DNA of 64,000 nt, from the NCBI GenBank assembly GCA_965655095.1, contig OZ296648.1, positions 61,318,001-61,382,000 of the forward strand, given 5' to 3'. Made by a program: the position numbers and the translations under genes. Every line of letters begins with the position of its first letter. Position 1 is the first letter of the stretch. Under the pieces are notes generated by a model. That model worked only from the letters and a program-made list of their open reading frames with translations, was not told the DNA's origin and did no database searches. The DNA comes from Haplodiscus bocki. Its lineage: Eukaryota. Below, piece after piece: positions 36,682 through 49,280 of the stretch.

Positions 36682-39600
36682 CGCTATGCGGAACCTGCGT
36701 GAACTAATGAAAATCGAACGAGAGGCGACATCGCAGTGCATTGATTTCCGTCAAAGAGGTGTCAAAAAGATTGATCAAACGTATAACAAATGATTTTCAC
36801 AAAACTTTTGATTAAAAAGAAAGTTGTCGATTGAGATCTTGTCGGATGAATTCAAGCCTCTGTTTCTCTGTTTGATTTTTTGATTTGTAGTCTTTTATTG
36901 TAGTTACTTGATAAAATGGTTGTATTGCGCTTGCTCAAGCAATGTATCGCCGAATAGTTTCGGAAAATTATGCGTTTGAAAATCAACAAAAAACCTTAAA
37001 AACTCCGCTTTTGGCATTTTCGGCCTATCATGAAAACTCTGTTGATTGTGCAAAACTCAAGGAATTTCGATTCAATGACTCTTCTTTCAGCAGATAAAAA
37101 ATTGTCAAATAATACCTTGATGGAAGAAATCAAAACAAAGTTTATGGAGAAATGAAAAATCGATTTCAGGCACGTTTCAAATTTATTATCATTGTTTGGC
37201 CGTTTTGGACAACCGGGATTCCAACGGAAAGACCAGCATCCATTATTTTTCTGTCGAAAAGTTCTCCTCAAGTAAAGCGTTATCACTTGAACCCTTGATG
37301 AAACAATTGAAGCTCGTAGTTGCTTGCAAATATGTGGTCAGAGACATAGATGTAACTAAAAATCACAAATTCGACATTTTTGGATGTCAAAAATCGAGAG
37401 CGAAGAAAAAACATAAACACTAAGGACCTAGTGCTAGATTTGCGACAAGAGTTTCTCAGAAAGAAAAGAATCGTGCAATCAACTTTCGAATTAACGGTGC
37501 TTCACGAAACTGACATAAACTTGAGTTTTCAGAAAGCATTCAACATAGATCGATTTTGATTTTTTGTTGGAGAAAACCTATCCAAAAAACCACTGAATGC
37601 AAATAAAAAAGAGCGCATGTAACTGCGATGCCAAACCGGCCTCATTTTCATTTCACGCTTTCGGGAATAAAGATCAAAGGTTGAGATAATTTCAAAGAGC
37701 CAATAAATCCCGATCTTGAAATTTGTTTCGTTAAGGAATACTGAAAAATGTTTTGGTGTAGACCCAAAAGCATGAGTAAAAAATGGAGTTTTCTTGTTGC
37801 TGCGTTATTCAAAATATTATGTCTCTTTTTGGACGTTACTGCACTCAAGATGAAGAAGATTATAAAAAAATTCAAATTATTCTTTCGCCGAAAAAAGTAA
37901 CAATTAAATATTGCGACCTCAGCCACAAATTAGTAGATGAACGATTGTGGTCTATTTGTTACGTGATTGGGAAAATTGGATAAGTTTGTGGCCTAATTTG
38001 AAGGACATAGTTCTATATGCCGCATAAAGTTCAAAATAAATGAAAATTGTTCGAATAGCAACTTTGTCTCATTGAAAGGTTTGTTCGAAAAATTATGTAT
38101 TCTCCCTTGTGACTGCCGTCAAACCATTAGAGACAATCGATTAGGTTTTTTTCTGAATCTGTGGGAATTCATTGTTTTTTTTCCGAATTACTTCCGGTGT
38201 ATAGAATTTCAATTTGAAATAAAATTTCAAAAATTTCTTTTTCCAATTTCGTTTCCCAAAAAAGAAATGGCTGTTTACTGACACAGGAATGACTAGCTTT
38301 CATCTCATAAAAAAGAGTCCGTGATTGATATTGTGCAAAATTTCAGTAAATCGACGACTTAGGTTACAAGGTACAAAACTTCGAAATATCAAATATAGTT
38401 GGAACCAAAAAATAATCTCGGTTTAGAAAACTTTTCGACAAAAAACCCAAAAAAAGTTTTCTGCAAGAAATCAAAATTTAACTGTTTAAAAGTTTGTGTT
38501 ATTTTCTGATTTCTGGCAAGTTGATGTTGTTTCTGGGAGTTGCTCTCAGTACAAACTACTAAAAGTCGACGGCATTGGTCAAAAAAGCTCAATTTTGAAG
38601 ATTTGTTTCCAGGGACCTTCATCGGAGAGCGTCGTTTCCGCAACCAAACTAATTTGAGGGATCTGATATTCATGGTTCTTCAGAAGTCAGGTAAAATTTT
38701 GAGCTGGGTGCCAAAGTAACAAATTTGGCATTCACAGAATTATTGGGAATACCCAAAAAGCTCAGTTTTGCAGCGTCTTTGGCAAAAAGACAGATAGAAA
38801 AGTTGTCAGACTACAACTGACGTCTAGTGTATGATAGCAGAGAGTCTTTTAGTTTATGTTGTGTAAAACGTGTGGCTTTTAGAGCCCTATATTTGAAAAT
38901 AAACGACCATTGATAGAACAACTATGTCCAAAGTTTCGAAAATTAGGTTCATTATTGGAATCTTTTTGCAATAAAACTATAGAGAATTCAGGTGGATCGG
39001 AAAAAATCCTACGTTACAGATGAGCCTCGTTTTTCTAACGTTGCTGCAGAAGTTCGTAATTTAGTTGCAGAGATAATGAACTTTCAAAAAAAATTAGTTG
39101 AAAGAAAAAAAAGATCCCTTTAATTTTTCCAGTATGGGTTTGTGAAAAAATTTCGCTTAGGTTTGGTTACTTTTTTCAAAAATGTTGAGTTTTGGAAAAT
39201 TACTCTTCTAGTAAATTTATTCGATCAAGAGGAGCTTTGGAGGAGGAATAAAGCAGGTAGCATTGAAAGAGTTTGAATTTGAATGTTGTAGAATATATTT
39301 AACATCATCATTTTTTAGAGCATTTTGGGACCATCAAGATTCTGACAGAACAACAAAAATCGATAAGTGTTTTTACCATAGTTTTTTAAAAGTAGACGTC
39401 TGATGATTGAGACCTGGATGGCAGCAGTCAAGCGAATAGTTGTTCCGAAATTTTAATTTATTTGTCCAGATGTGTATAACTTAGGAGCAAATTTCGCAGT
39501 TTTTGCGCTATCAAGATTCTTACGAAAGGAAAAGTATTGATAATTTGGCTTCAGGTTAGCCTTTTTTACGTAGAGTGCTCTCAATTGAACTCATGATGTA

Positions 39601-40189
39601 AAAAGTAAAACAGTTACTTTTGAAATAGCATGAGTTTGAAAACCGTGATCTTTATTTGATAATATCCCATTTTGGCATTTTCGGCCTGTCAGAATTTGAA
39701 CGCAAACAAAAACTTCATTGATTTTTCTTGTGAAGAACCCTCCTCAAGTAGGAGGCTGTCAGTTGACATTTTGATGAAAGAATTGAACCACGTTATTATG
39801 GAGAAAATTGAGTGTGAACGTTCAACATAATCCAAATTCAAAGTTCTATATTTCTAGGAAAAATTTGAAAAAAAATATTTTTGTGAAAATTCTTATAAAC
39901 TTTTTCGTACATCATTCAAAAAAGTTCGGCCTCTGAGCGAACTATTTTCATTATGAATTTTTTGGACTCTGAGAAACATTTTTTTGGAGTTTGAGGTAAA
40001 AAGTTTCAGCAGGGTTGTCAAAACTGCATTCTACGTGTCCAGAGGATCATTTTGAGGTTAAAAAACGTGAATATGTTCTCTCCCAAAAGGCAAATCACTT
40101 CGAAAAGAATCTACCTGCTGAAGGAATGATTTTCCTTCAAAAAAAAGTTAAAGCCGAAGCTAATAATGATATTCTGAGTCTACGTACTG

Positions 40190-41450
40190 GCGATCATCAC
40201 AATGACAACTACTCACTGAAGCAGCCCCCGACGTTCGGAATATCCTGGAATTAAAGGAAGAACACCACCTGGTACATGGAAAAATGGAGAACAAGTCGAT
40301 CAAGAAGACTTTTCGTTTACCCTGCCACAGAAGAAATGCTCGCAAAGACTCGCAAACTCTGAACTTTTGACTTTAGGGCGTACCCGCAAACGTACAATGA
40401 CCTCAAGAACTTCCTCGAGCGACAATGTCAAGGCTTGTAAGCCGCCTGTTTCATCTAAACAGGCAATCACCGAAACGACTAGAACCTCAACCATACGCAG
40501 TTACAGTCACGCAGAACCAACTCAATGTCAGTTCCGTTCCCAGCTTGCCACAAAATGCATCCAATGTGATTGTTGCGCTGACCGTCACAGATTTCGTCAA
40601 TGTCCAATTTTTAGGGAGTTACTGTTCCTAACAGAACTCAGGTAATCAGAAGCAAAATCATATGCTTCAATACCTCCGACCCGGACATCGAATCGAAGAA
40701 TGCTCGAAGTCAAATCACAGAACTTGCAGTTTGGAACACAACACACTCCTTCATCCATTGCATGCAAAGCAATGAAGTTAAGGCCGCATCTCAAACTGGT
40801 TCTATCCCGAAGTACACTACTGAGTGACAAGAGGAGCAGCCACAACTTACAACGGCCTCCACTTTTACTCAAAAAGTCAAAAACGGCGATGTTATGTGCA
40901 AACTGCCTTGATTCTGACCTTAGAGGAAGATGAAACTTCCTTCTGCTGTGATTTGCTAGATTCAGGATCGCAAAGTAGCCTCACAATGACTGACTCATGT
41001 CATTCAACAACTTTGCAATCCACAAGAGTTATATGGAACAGAGGACTACAAGGAATCAAAAGTAATCCTTGATACTGAGAATATTTCCTTTGATGCACAT
41101 GCTCTCATGTAACTCTGCAATTTATTCAAATATGATAATTTGTTTATATAATCCATAAGGTTGTATGATGGAAATCAAATTATCAATTGCATTTGAGGGA
41201 AATGAGCATGTTGTACCTGACATAGTTTTGGTTCAAGCGCTGAATTAGGGAAAATGAAGAAAGACACACTGTTGAAGAAGCGTTAATTATAGGAGATTGA
41301 TTGTGGATGGAAGAGAAATTTAGTTTCAGAAGAAACTGTAAATTGTCAGTCTCCTTGGAGACTGATGACTAATCAACTCTAGCTTTCAAGACTTGGGTTG
41401 GTTTTCTTACACTCAGGAGGAAGTATTTGAATTGGCAATTCTGTCAACTG
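40190..41450 (+). mobile_element. BEL/Pao gag zinc-knuckle and protease relic
   Basis: CDCCADRHRFRQCPIF, LCANCL, LLDSGSQSS and a downstream SRLG motif, spread across broken frames. Confidence 0.7.
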
Positions 41451-41755
41451 TAACTTGATAAAACCTTGTTGCAAAATTTTCGCAAATTTCTGTGTATATC
41501 CTAAAATTAACTAATCAAATTTTCACCTGTAACGCGCTAATTTCTGAAATGCTATTTTTTTGGATTTAAATTCTGGTTTCATGAGCTTTCTAACACCTTC
41601 TCTCTCATCTGTTGCCAGTCACAAATCTGTTCACACTACTAGACGAATTCCAGAAAAAGTGCCGCCTGAAAGTTTTGTTTACTGGTTGTGATGATGCGTG
41701 AGAAATTAAAATGTATTCTAGCTAAAAGGTCATGTGATCACGCTATCTGCTTTTT

Positions 41756-42669
41756 AGGCGAGGGGAGCGCAGTCTATTCGCACGAGGACACGTCAAAAGG
41801 ATTTCGTTTTTTTTGCCCGTCCTTGACATCCTTGTGCGTTTCATCTCTTTAAGTCTAATTTTCTCGGGACCTATTGGTCGGATTTATCCTATTTTTGTAT
41901 ATAGACGACGACAGGTTCACGATCTATCATATTCCAAATTTTTGGACCCCGAAAAGAATTTCCGCGAGCTATTAGGGAAAAAAAATTAAATTCTCTGATT
42001 TTTTAGAAGGCAAAGGGTATGATTTTGAGTCCTGTCTTTACAGTAAGCTTAGAAATGCTAATGTTTTTGCACTAATAGATAGAACAGCATTCAGCTGAGC
42101 GGCGTGCGGTGACACTTTTCGTCATTTTTTTCGGCCAGTTTTCGTCAAAAAAAAAGCGAATATTTTTGATTTTTTCTAAAAAGATTTCACATTCCCCATT
42201 GCCCACTGTGTTTCTTAACCTTGAGGCAATTTTTCAACAAATACATCAGTTTCCTTCTTGCTTAGCTGCATTGGCAACGTCGTAATTGACCGAATGCAAA
42301 ATTTTTGGCGGCCGACATTTTTTTCCGGCGAGTTTTTGGCGAAAAGAATTGAAAAGCCAGATTTTTTCAGAGCTCAATGGTTACTTTGTAGCACTTTTTT
42401 GGCCTGATATCCCATTTATGGCATCCCAATTCTGGTTACGCGATGGAATAAAAAGCGTTAGCTGCATTCAGTTTTCAGCCGAAAATTTTCTGATTTTTCC
42501 AAATCATTTCGACCGAAAATTATTATGGAACAAAATGGGTTTTCAAAATTTTTTTTTCAATATATAAATTTTTGCACGTTCAGCATGCCTCAAAGTGTTG
42601 CATGTCACTTCAATTGAGAAACAGACCAAGTAGTGTGTACGGCAGTGAGTTTTGATTGAAGTTTCGCCT
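41756..42669. mobile_element. Possible Kolobok-like non-autonomous element
   Basis: Short inverted ends AGGCGA...TCGCCT with degenerate TTAA-like flanks. Confidence 0.3.
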
Positions 42670-45074
42670 TCAAGTGAACTTTTGTCATGGATACTTTGCC
42701 AAAAAATGGCAAAAAAAGGGTTTCCCTAAGATTTGTCGACTCTTCCAAAAACTCTTTATCCGGTTGTACAAACAATAAATCCGGTTGTAGATGATAGGTG
42801 GTCTGAGCAAAGTATTCTTCAAATGTAGAGCATTTTTTTCAATTGTTTTTTGTGCTTTGCGATAATTTACTACGACACTCACCAGCTGGAAAATTGCCTC
42901 ATGCTTGTGTCTCCTAAAAACCGTAATCATCTTTTGAGTGTTCTTGTGACCTTGGGGTTGCACGAAAAAGCTTTTAATTGAGTTTTCTGTGGAAAATTAT
43001 TTAGAAAACACGGCTTTTTGGGTAGACTTACTGTTTCCATAATCGTATTTTTCTACTTAACAGCCTTTTTTTCAAGTTTTGGAGCCTTGATGCTATGAGA
43101 CGGCATTTGCAAAACAGCAGCTGGTTTCCATTGACTTTGAGATGACAAAGAATTCTTCTTCAGCTAAATTCTGTTTGAAGTTCTGTTAGTTACCCAGAAC
43201 CTCCACTTTTTTTTCTTTGTAGTTCTCTGCTTAATCTCTGCAGATTTTGCTACATGCTTTCTGTCATTTTATAAGCTTGTGGTTAGTGATGTAATCAAGA
43301 GTTTGAGTACCTTCGCCAGTCTTTCGATAAGCACCTTAGCGCCTCGGTTTCTGAAGTTTTGTGGTTCACTATTTGTTTATCACAGAACCGTAATGTTGTT
43401 CGATTAAAACTTGATGAGTTCTTTGATCAAAACGTTACATGATTTATTCCGGAAAAATTCTCCAATACAACTCAATCAAGTAAAGGAACGTATCGTTTGA
43501 AAACTTCCGGAGAAGTTTTTTCGATTTTTTCGTTTCGATTGATAATTCAGGACCACAGAAAATAAAATGGAATTATTTCTGCTTCCTACATTCGGAAAAT
43601 AAATTTATTTGTTGTTGCGTTGAGTGGAAGATTATTTGAGTGAAATCAAGCAAAAAACTTTGGCGACTCACCAAGAACGAATTTTGGCTACAGAAGTTTC
43701 TAAATTTTTGAATTCATTGATACTGTTCTTTATAAACGGCACTAGCGAAAGCATTGAATCGGGCAAACAAGCTTCCTAAATAAATTGTTTACTCTTAATA
43801 GTTGCTTGCTCGATGAGAGCATTCAATCTCGAGTCGTGGTTAATTTTGTATAAAGTTAAAACGTGGGAAAGTATGAACGAAAGTGACAGACAATATTGTG
43901 ATACTTTAGACCCTATGAAAACACTGATACAGTCTCCTAACAATGGTTTCAACAAATTGGTCTTATCGCAGAGTAAAACGCTTTTCAAATGCCATCTATA
44001 CAGTTACAATATGACTTTGAAAAAACAAAACTGTGAAAAAAGACAGAGATTTTCGATTTTTCAGCAATATCCCTTTCTCATTTTGAGGTGTCAAGCACTC
44101 GCAGCGGCCCCGTGGCTTTCTCAGAAGCGAATATGCTTGCTTGAGGCTATCTAAATTGAGACAAACCGATGTTCTTTTCGTTAATTCATTAAGATAGCCC
44201 AAGCGTTTTCATTTCATGTTTACAAGTTATAACATACTTAAAGTGGTAGAAATCGTTGCTGAAGAATAATCTCGCAAGTTGAAGTTTTCAGAAAAGTTTT
44301 GTGACACCCTCAAACTTTTGCGCTCAACGCTCACGAGTCTCAAAAGTCAATAAACATGTTCTCGGCATTTTTAGGTCATTTTAATTTATGATTTGGTGAT
44401 CTGCTAACGCAAATTAAGTGAAAAGTCTGGACATTTGAGACACCTTTGTTGGCAAAGTGAGGTGTCAAATGTTGGTGTCAAAGTGTTTGATTGTTTAGTT
44501 GTAGTTATCCTTGTAGAAAGAAACAATATCCGCACGTTTAAAACAAATTGATTAATTTGACTCCCAGAAAACTTCTATAAATCATCGGAAAACTGAGCTT
44601 TTCAACATTTATCATAACACAGGACTTCAAAACACGAGGGCAACTGTAGTTTCAACTGTTTGCATAACTGAAGGCAACTGCGATGCAAAATCATCATTAA
44701 ATCAGCGAAACACAAGAGTTTTTTTAACTTAAAACTCGCCTTTAAGAGATAAACATTGTTCGCGATTTTTACTGTTCGCAGTAAGAACTCCGATACCTTA
44801 AAAATCAAAAAGTTGTTGAACCATCCGAAAGCTTTTTTCATTTCAATGAACAAAAATCGAAAACTAATTTGCTCCGTTGCTTAGGCTGAAAACTTACTGG
44901 TGGATGAAAATCCGAGGTGGATGAAAATTTGAACTTTTGCTGTCATTTTGCATAATTTTGGAGGAAATTTACGTTTTTTGAATACGAAGAATGCCGTTTT
45001 AATGACCACTGCAAGCGTTTTTATCACTTCTGAGTACGTTATCACAATTTGATATTCCCATCTAATTGTGTTAA

Positions 45075-45300
45075 TATCAGAGCTGACTCAGTGTAAATCA
45101 GCGCTGAATCAGCGCTGAAGTTCAAATTTTTCCGATCAAAGAAAATCAGCGCTGATCAGCCATGATTCAGAGCTGATTCTTTCTGAATCAGTGCTGTTCA
45201 GCGCTGATGTTTTTCAGGTACTCTGAATCAGCGCTGAAAAACGCGAAATCTCTGAAACAGCATTGTTCAATGCTGATTATCTCTGGGACTTTAACCCGGG
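45075..45300. mobile_element. Partial copy (one arm) of the TCAGCGCTGA MITE family
   Basis: Ends in TTAACCCGGG; its reverse complement matches the left arm of 3313-3480. Confidence 0.65.
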
Positions 45301-47021
45301 AAATATTGTTCTATTACTAAAACTTCTCTTCTGACAGTCTTTTTTATGCTCATCAGTTCAACTATATTTTAGAATAGGAATGCTGTTAAGTTGAGATAGC
45401 ATAATCGGTAAGGAACTTCAGCAGAGATTTCATTAAGTTTTTTACAAAGTTCATTGAGGAGACACGACCAATTTTCCAAGCTGAAAACGTCGATTGAATT
45501 AATGAACTTTACTAATAAAGCAATTCCGAAAAAAATCGAAAAATTTGATCAAGGGAGTTTCTTAAAAAATGTTGTGCAAACATTGAAATAAGCAATTTTT
45601 ACCTGAAAAGATCGGTAATTTCAACATTTTAGAATAGTAATGCCACTAAATTATCATAACTTAGTCGGTACGTCAACTGAAAACTTAGTATTTTGAAAAA
45701 AAAACTCAGTGAAAGGTCTAGCATTTTATGGGACAAAACGTCTGACTACTTGATGAAATTTTACTACTCAGTGGGATATTAGGTGGTTCCTAGCACAATA
45801 ATGGCGGAATCAGTTGAATGATTAGCGGTATTGGAACAATAATTGCAATTCAGAGAAAATCAGTTGGCCTAGGACTACGCCATGGATTTTAGTTGACAAT
45901 CATCAAAGACACAAAAAGTTCTTCAAAATTAACTTGGCTGAAATTTGACCAGGAGAATAGAAGAAAAATTCCCATTTTTTTAATAAAAAAGTTGCAGCCT
46001 AGTCAGTCTTGCTTGAAACTATTGTATGCTGTAATAATGTGTACAGGGAAATATTTCAAGAAACATTCAGAAAATTGTTCAGGTTTCCGAATATACATAG
46101 ATAATATAAAATAATTTGCGTGACCAATGTTTCCGTCGTGCTGTTTCACAATAGTACTACTTACTTGTTACATTATTGATGCTTTCATCTATTGTTTGCT
46201 CATAAGTGACGCTGAGTGGCGTAATATGAACTCAGTTTTGACTTCAACTAGTCGAAGATTGTTGTAAAACTGGAAAGTTGTCTGCTACATGTAAAAAAAC
46301 ACTTTGTTTGTTTCTTAATACTTGAAAAGTTTCAAGGATTTGTTCGCATACACATTTTGGAAATAACATATAAAAAGCCGCCAAGTTTTTCAAAGTCCTT
46401 CAAAGAAACTTCGAAATTTTCAACGCAACAGAGAAATTTTAGGCGTGAATCATTGAAAAACATATAAAAAGTTTTAGCTAACATACAAAATTGTACAAAA
46501 AATTCATACAACCTCACTAGAGCTGATTTAGAGAGCTAGGAGACAATCTAAAGGAGTACATTCCGTCTTGAGAGCATTGTTTGTTATAACTTTATGACGC
46601 CAAAACGATGCTTCTTCCTGGTACCAGAAGTAGGCAATGTTTTAGAACTAACCCAATACTCACTTCGAAAGGTTGTTGTTCTCCTGCGACAATCTTCACC
46701 TCATTTTGCATCTCGGTGCAAGAAAAAGGAAACTTGGGCGAGTTTTCAATGCACACTTTTCGATATTACGGATTAATTTTTTGGTAGTTTGTGAACGATT
46801 CGTAGTTTCAAGAATGACCTAAACAAGTTGTTCACAGCTGCTATAAATGTTTCAAACTGTATGGCTCAACAGGTTGACTTGCTAACACTGGGAAAATATT
46901 TCAAAATGAAAGGAAAATATTTACAAAAATTAATGAAAAACAAGAAAAAACTTGAAAAACTAAAAAAATGAAAATGGAAAAATACAAATAGCTATTCCAA
47001 ATTATTGCCGAATTTCATTTT

Positions 47022-47368
47022 TCAACATTGATACTTGAAAAACTCAACTACTATCGATGTGATGTCTGCAAATATGGCGCAATACTTTTTGTCCCACCCT
47101 GCCTCCGCTTTGAAAGAGTTTATAATTTCGACAGACCACTTCATCGTTTTTGAGTAGCACTTGGCAGGGTCAATTTCGTCGGAAACTCCAGCAAATTTCA
47201 ACTTTGTTGGCTCCACATTTATTTCCCCGGTGCCTCAAACGTGGCCGAAAGTCTGGACAAAAAATCCCCAAAGTTTGAAGCTGACGTTGATCTTCCGTCT
47301 GCTTGCTGTACTACTGCGAGCCAGGAAAAAACGAAAGTGAAATTAACGTATGACGACCGTGAAGCCAT
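47022..47368 (-). pseudogene. Nested gene B: frameshifted paralogue of gene A
   Basis: MASRSSYVNFTFVFSWLAVVQQADG...DFLSRLSATFEAPGK*, then shifted frames CGANKVEIC and IDPAKCYSKTMKWSVEIINSFKAEAGWDKK. Aligns colinearly with gene A at FSWL.V, DF...(L/I)SA.F.A..K, DP.KCY..TM..S...I..FK.E..WDK. Confidence 0.75.
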
Positions 47369-48715
47369 TTCTGCTCCACTTGCTTCAAATATATTTTCTT
47401 TTCACAGTAATTTTCGAAAATATCTGAAGTAAACTTCAATTTAAATTTGGCCCGATTTAACCTTTAAGGGCAAAAAAATCACAATTGGAAGAAGAACTTA
47501 GCAAGATATTAATTTTTTATTCATACTTAAATTGACATTTTCACTTCTCGCGCAAAGTTAAGCAATGGACAATATTTCTCTGCAAAATGATTTCCGTTTA
47601 AACTGTTCGCTGATTATTCTGTAGGGTTTAGAAATTTTGCTTAAAATTCCAAGCTTTGCTACGCGGTGTCTCGATTGCATGGTCTTGCTGTTTTTTGAAA
47701 TGATGTGTTTCGATGAGCCACAGACAGAAGTGAAAGCCAAAAATCGAATGGGTTGAAATTTGATACCAAAAAATTTTAGTATGAAATCAAATGGTGTGAA
47801 ATTTCATATCTTTAGTTTCATTCAGAGCTTTCTAAATTCAAAGCTTCATGCCAAAAGCTTTCATTAATTATATAATAGATTCGAATAGAAACTCAAAAAC
47901 ATGGCAAATATCATCTTGATAACTGATAAAAGCCATGGCAAGAGTTACCTTACAAAAAAAGTTTAATATGAAAATTTTTGTCTAATTATCATCGCAAAAA
48001 CTTTAACATAAAATGTACAAAAAGCCAAAAAAGTGTATATCCATATTCAGTATTATAATTTGTCAAAGAGATCTGCGTACTTGTCACTGACTCTTCCAAC
48101 GATTTTGGCAAAACTATTTCTTGAAACAAAATCTTTGAATTATTTGTGAGGCACAGCAAGAATTGATAAAAATTGCATCATCTCTGCATTTCGATGAAGT
48201 GACCATTGATTGACTTTTTTTTGCAATATGCAACTTTTATTGATCCATAGTGTTTTTGTAGTTGCATATTCCAACTTAGATTGAAATATATCGGAAACCC
48301 ACAAGTGAAACAGCTTTCAAAACAGTTGCATTTAATCTGATATTTTTTGCCTTCGGTTTAATTGAACAAGTTTATTTCTCAGATTTTAAAAAAAACCCAA
48401 ATCAAAAAATACTCTCTAGATCTCTAGAACCAAAAAAATCATTCTGGAATTTCATCTAAACCTTCTAAAGCAGGCCTCAGGAAATTTTTGGAACTTTTAC
48501 GTTAACTTTCAAAATAGAAACTGAGCCAAATTTGACCTATATTGGGGTATATAATCTTTCGATTGCATCCACAAAATTGGCCCAGTTTCCAGATAATTTG
48601 TTATTTTTGCATTAATAAATAAACTATTAATTGCAAATAACCGTTCCTTTATTAGTGCAACTAATCAATTGAATGAATTTTCTGCAATGAAGATTTATTA
48701 TGTTTCTCGTGACAG

Positions 48716-48877
48716 GGTTTTGTGAGTGTTCTGGATTCGCAAGCAGTCCTTCTAGTTTGGGATCAACTCATGATGACGCAGTGGGACAGTGTCGCAATGG
48801 AAAATGTCGCAGTCGCAATTCTATTTCTGCTCAAACAGCCCCTAATGGATGCGCACAACTATTTTGACATTAAAAAT
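48716..48877 (+). CDS. TBC-like host gene, exon 13 (GFVSVLDSQAVLLVWDQLMM...AVAILFLLKQPLMDAHNYFDIKN)
   Basis: GACAG acceptor, GTTAGT donor, phase 0/0. With exon 12 it completes the TBC C-terminal 'W...F...L....L.VWD' and 'A.AIL..L...L' motifs. Confidence 0.9.
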
Positions 48878-49076
48878 GTTAGTTACATATACGAGTATAT
48901 TAGAAAAACTCGGGCTCGTAATATAGAGATCACCAAAAATTTTTCCGGAGCACTTGTCATGAACACTTCAACGTTTTTCGCCTTCTTGTGGTATTTTTGC
49001 ATGAGTATAGGAAAACTAGTCGCAGCTCATTGCTTGCAACTTGTCGAAAACAGCTGATCAAAAATAAAAGATGCAA

Positions 49077-49280
49077 CAGGTTTGAGGTCTCAGATACCTT
49101 CAGCGCTTATGCAGCTTTTATTTAGAAATTGTTAGCGCTAAGCCTTACCTGAAAATTTCTGAACAGCACTGATTCAGTTCTGATAGGCGCTGAAAACACA
49201 ACATTTTAGAGCAAAACAGCAATTAGCGATCCACAGTTCGTGTTTTCTCTCAAACAGAACTCAAAAGCGCTGATTGATTT
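49077..49280. mobile_element. Degenerate arm of the TCAGCGCTGA MITE family
   Basis: CAGCGCT repeats and TACCTGAAAATTTCTGAACAGCACTGATT match the reverse complement of 3890-3940. Confidence 0.5.
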
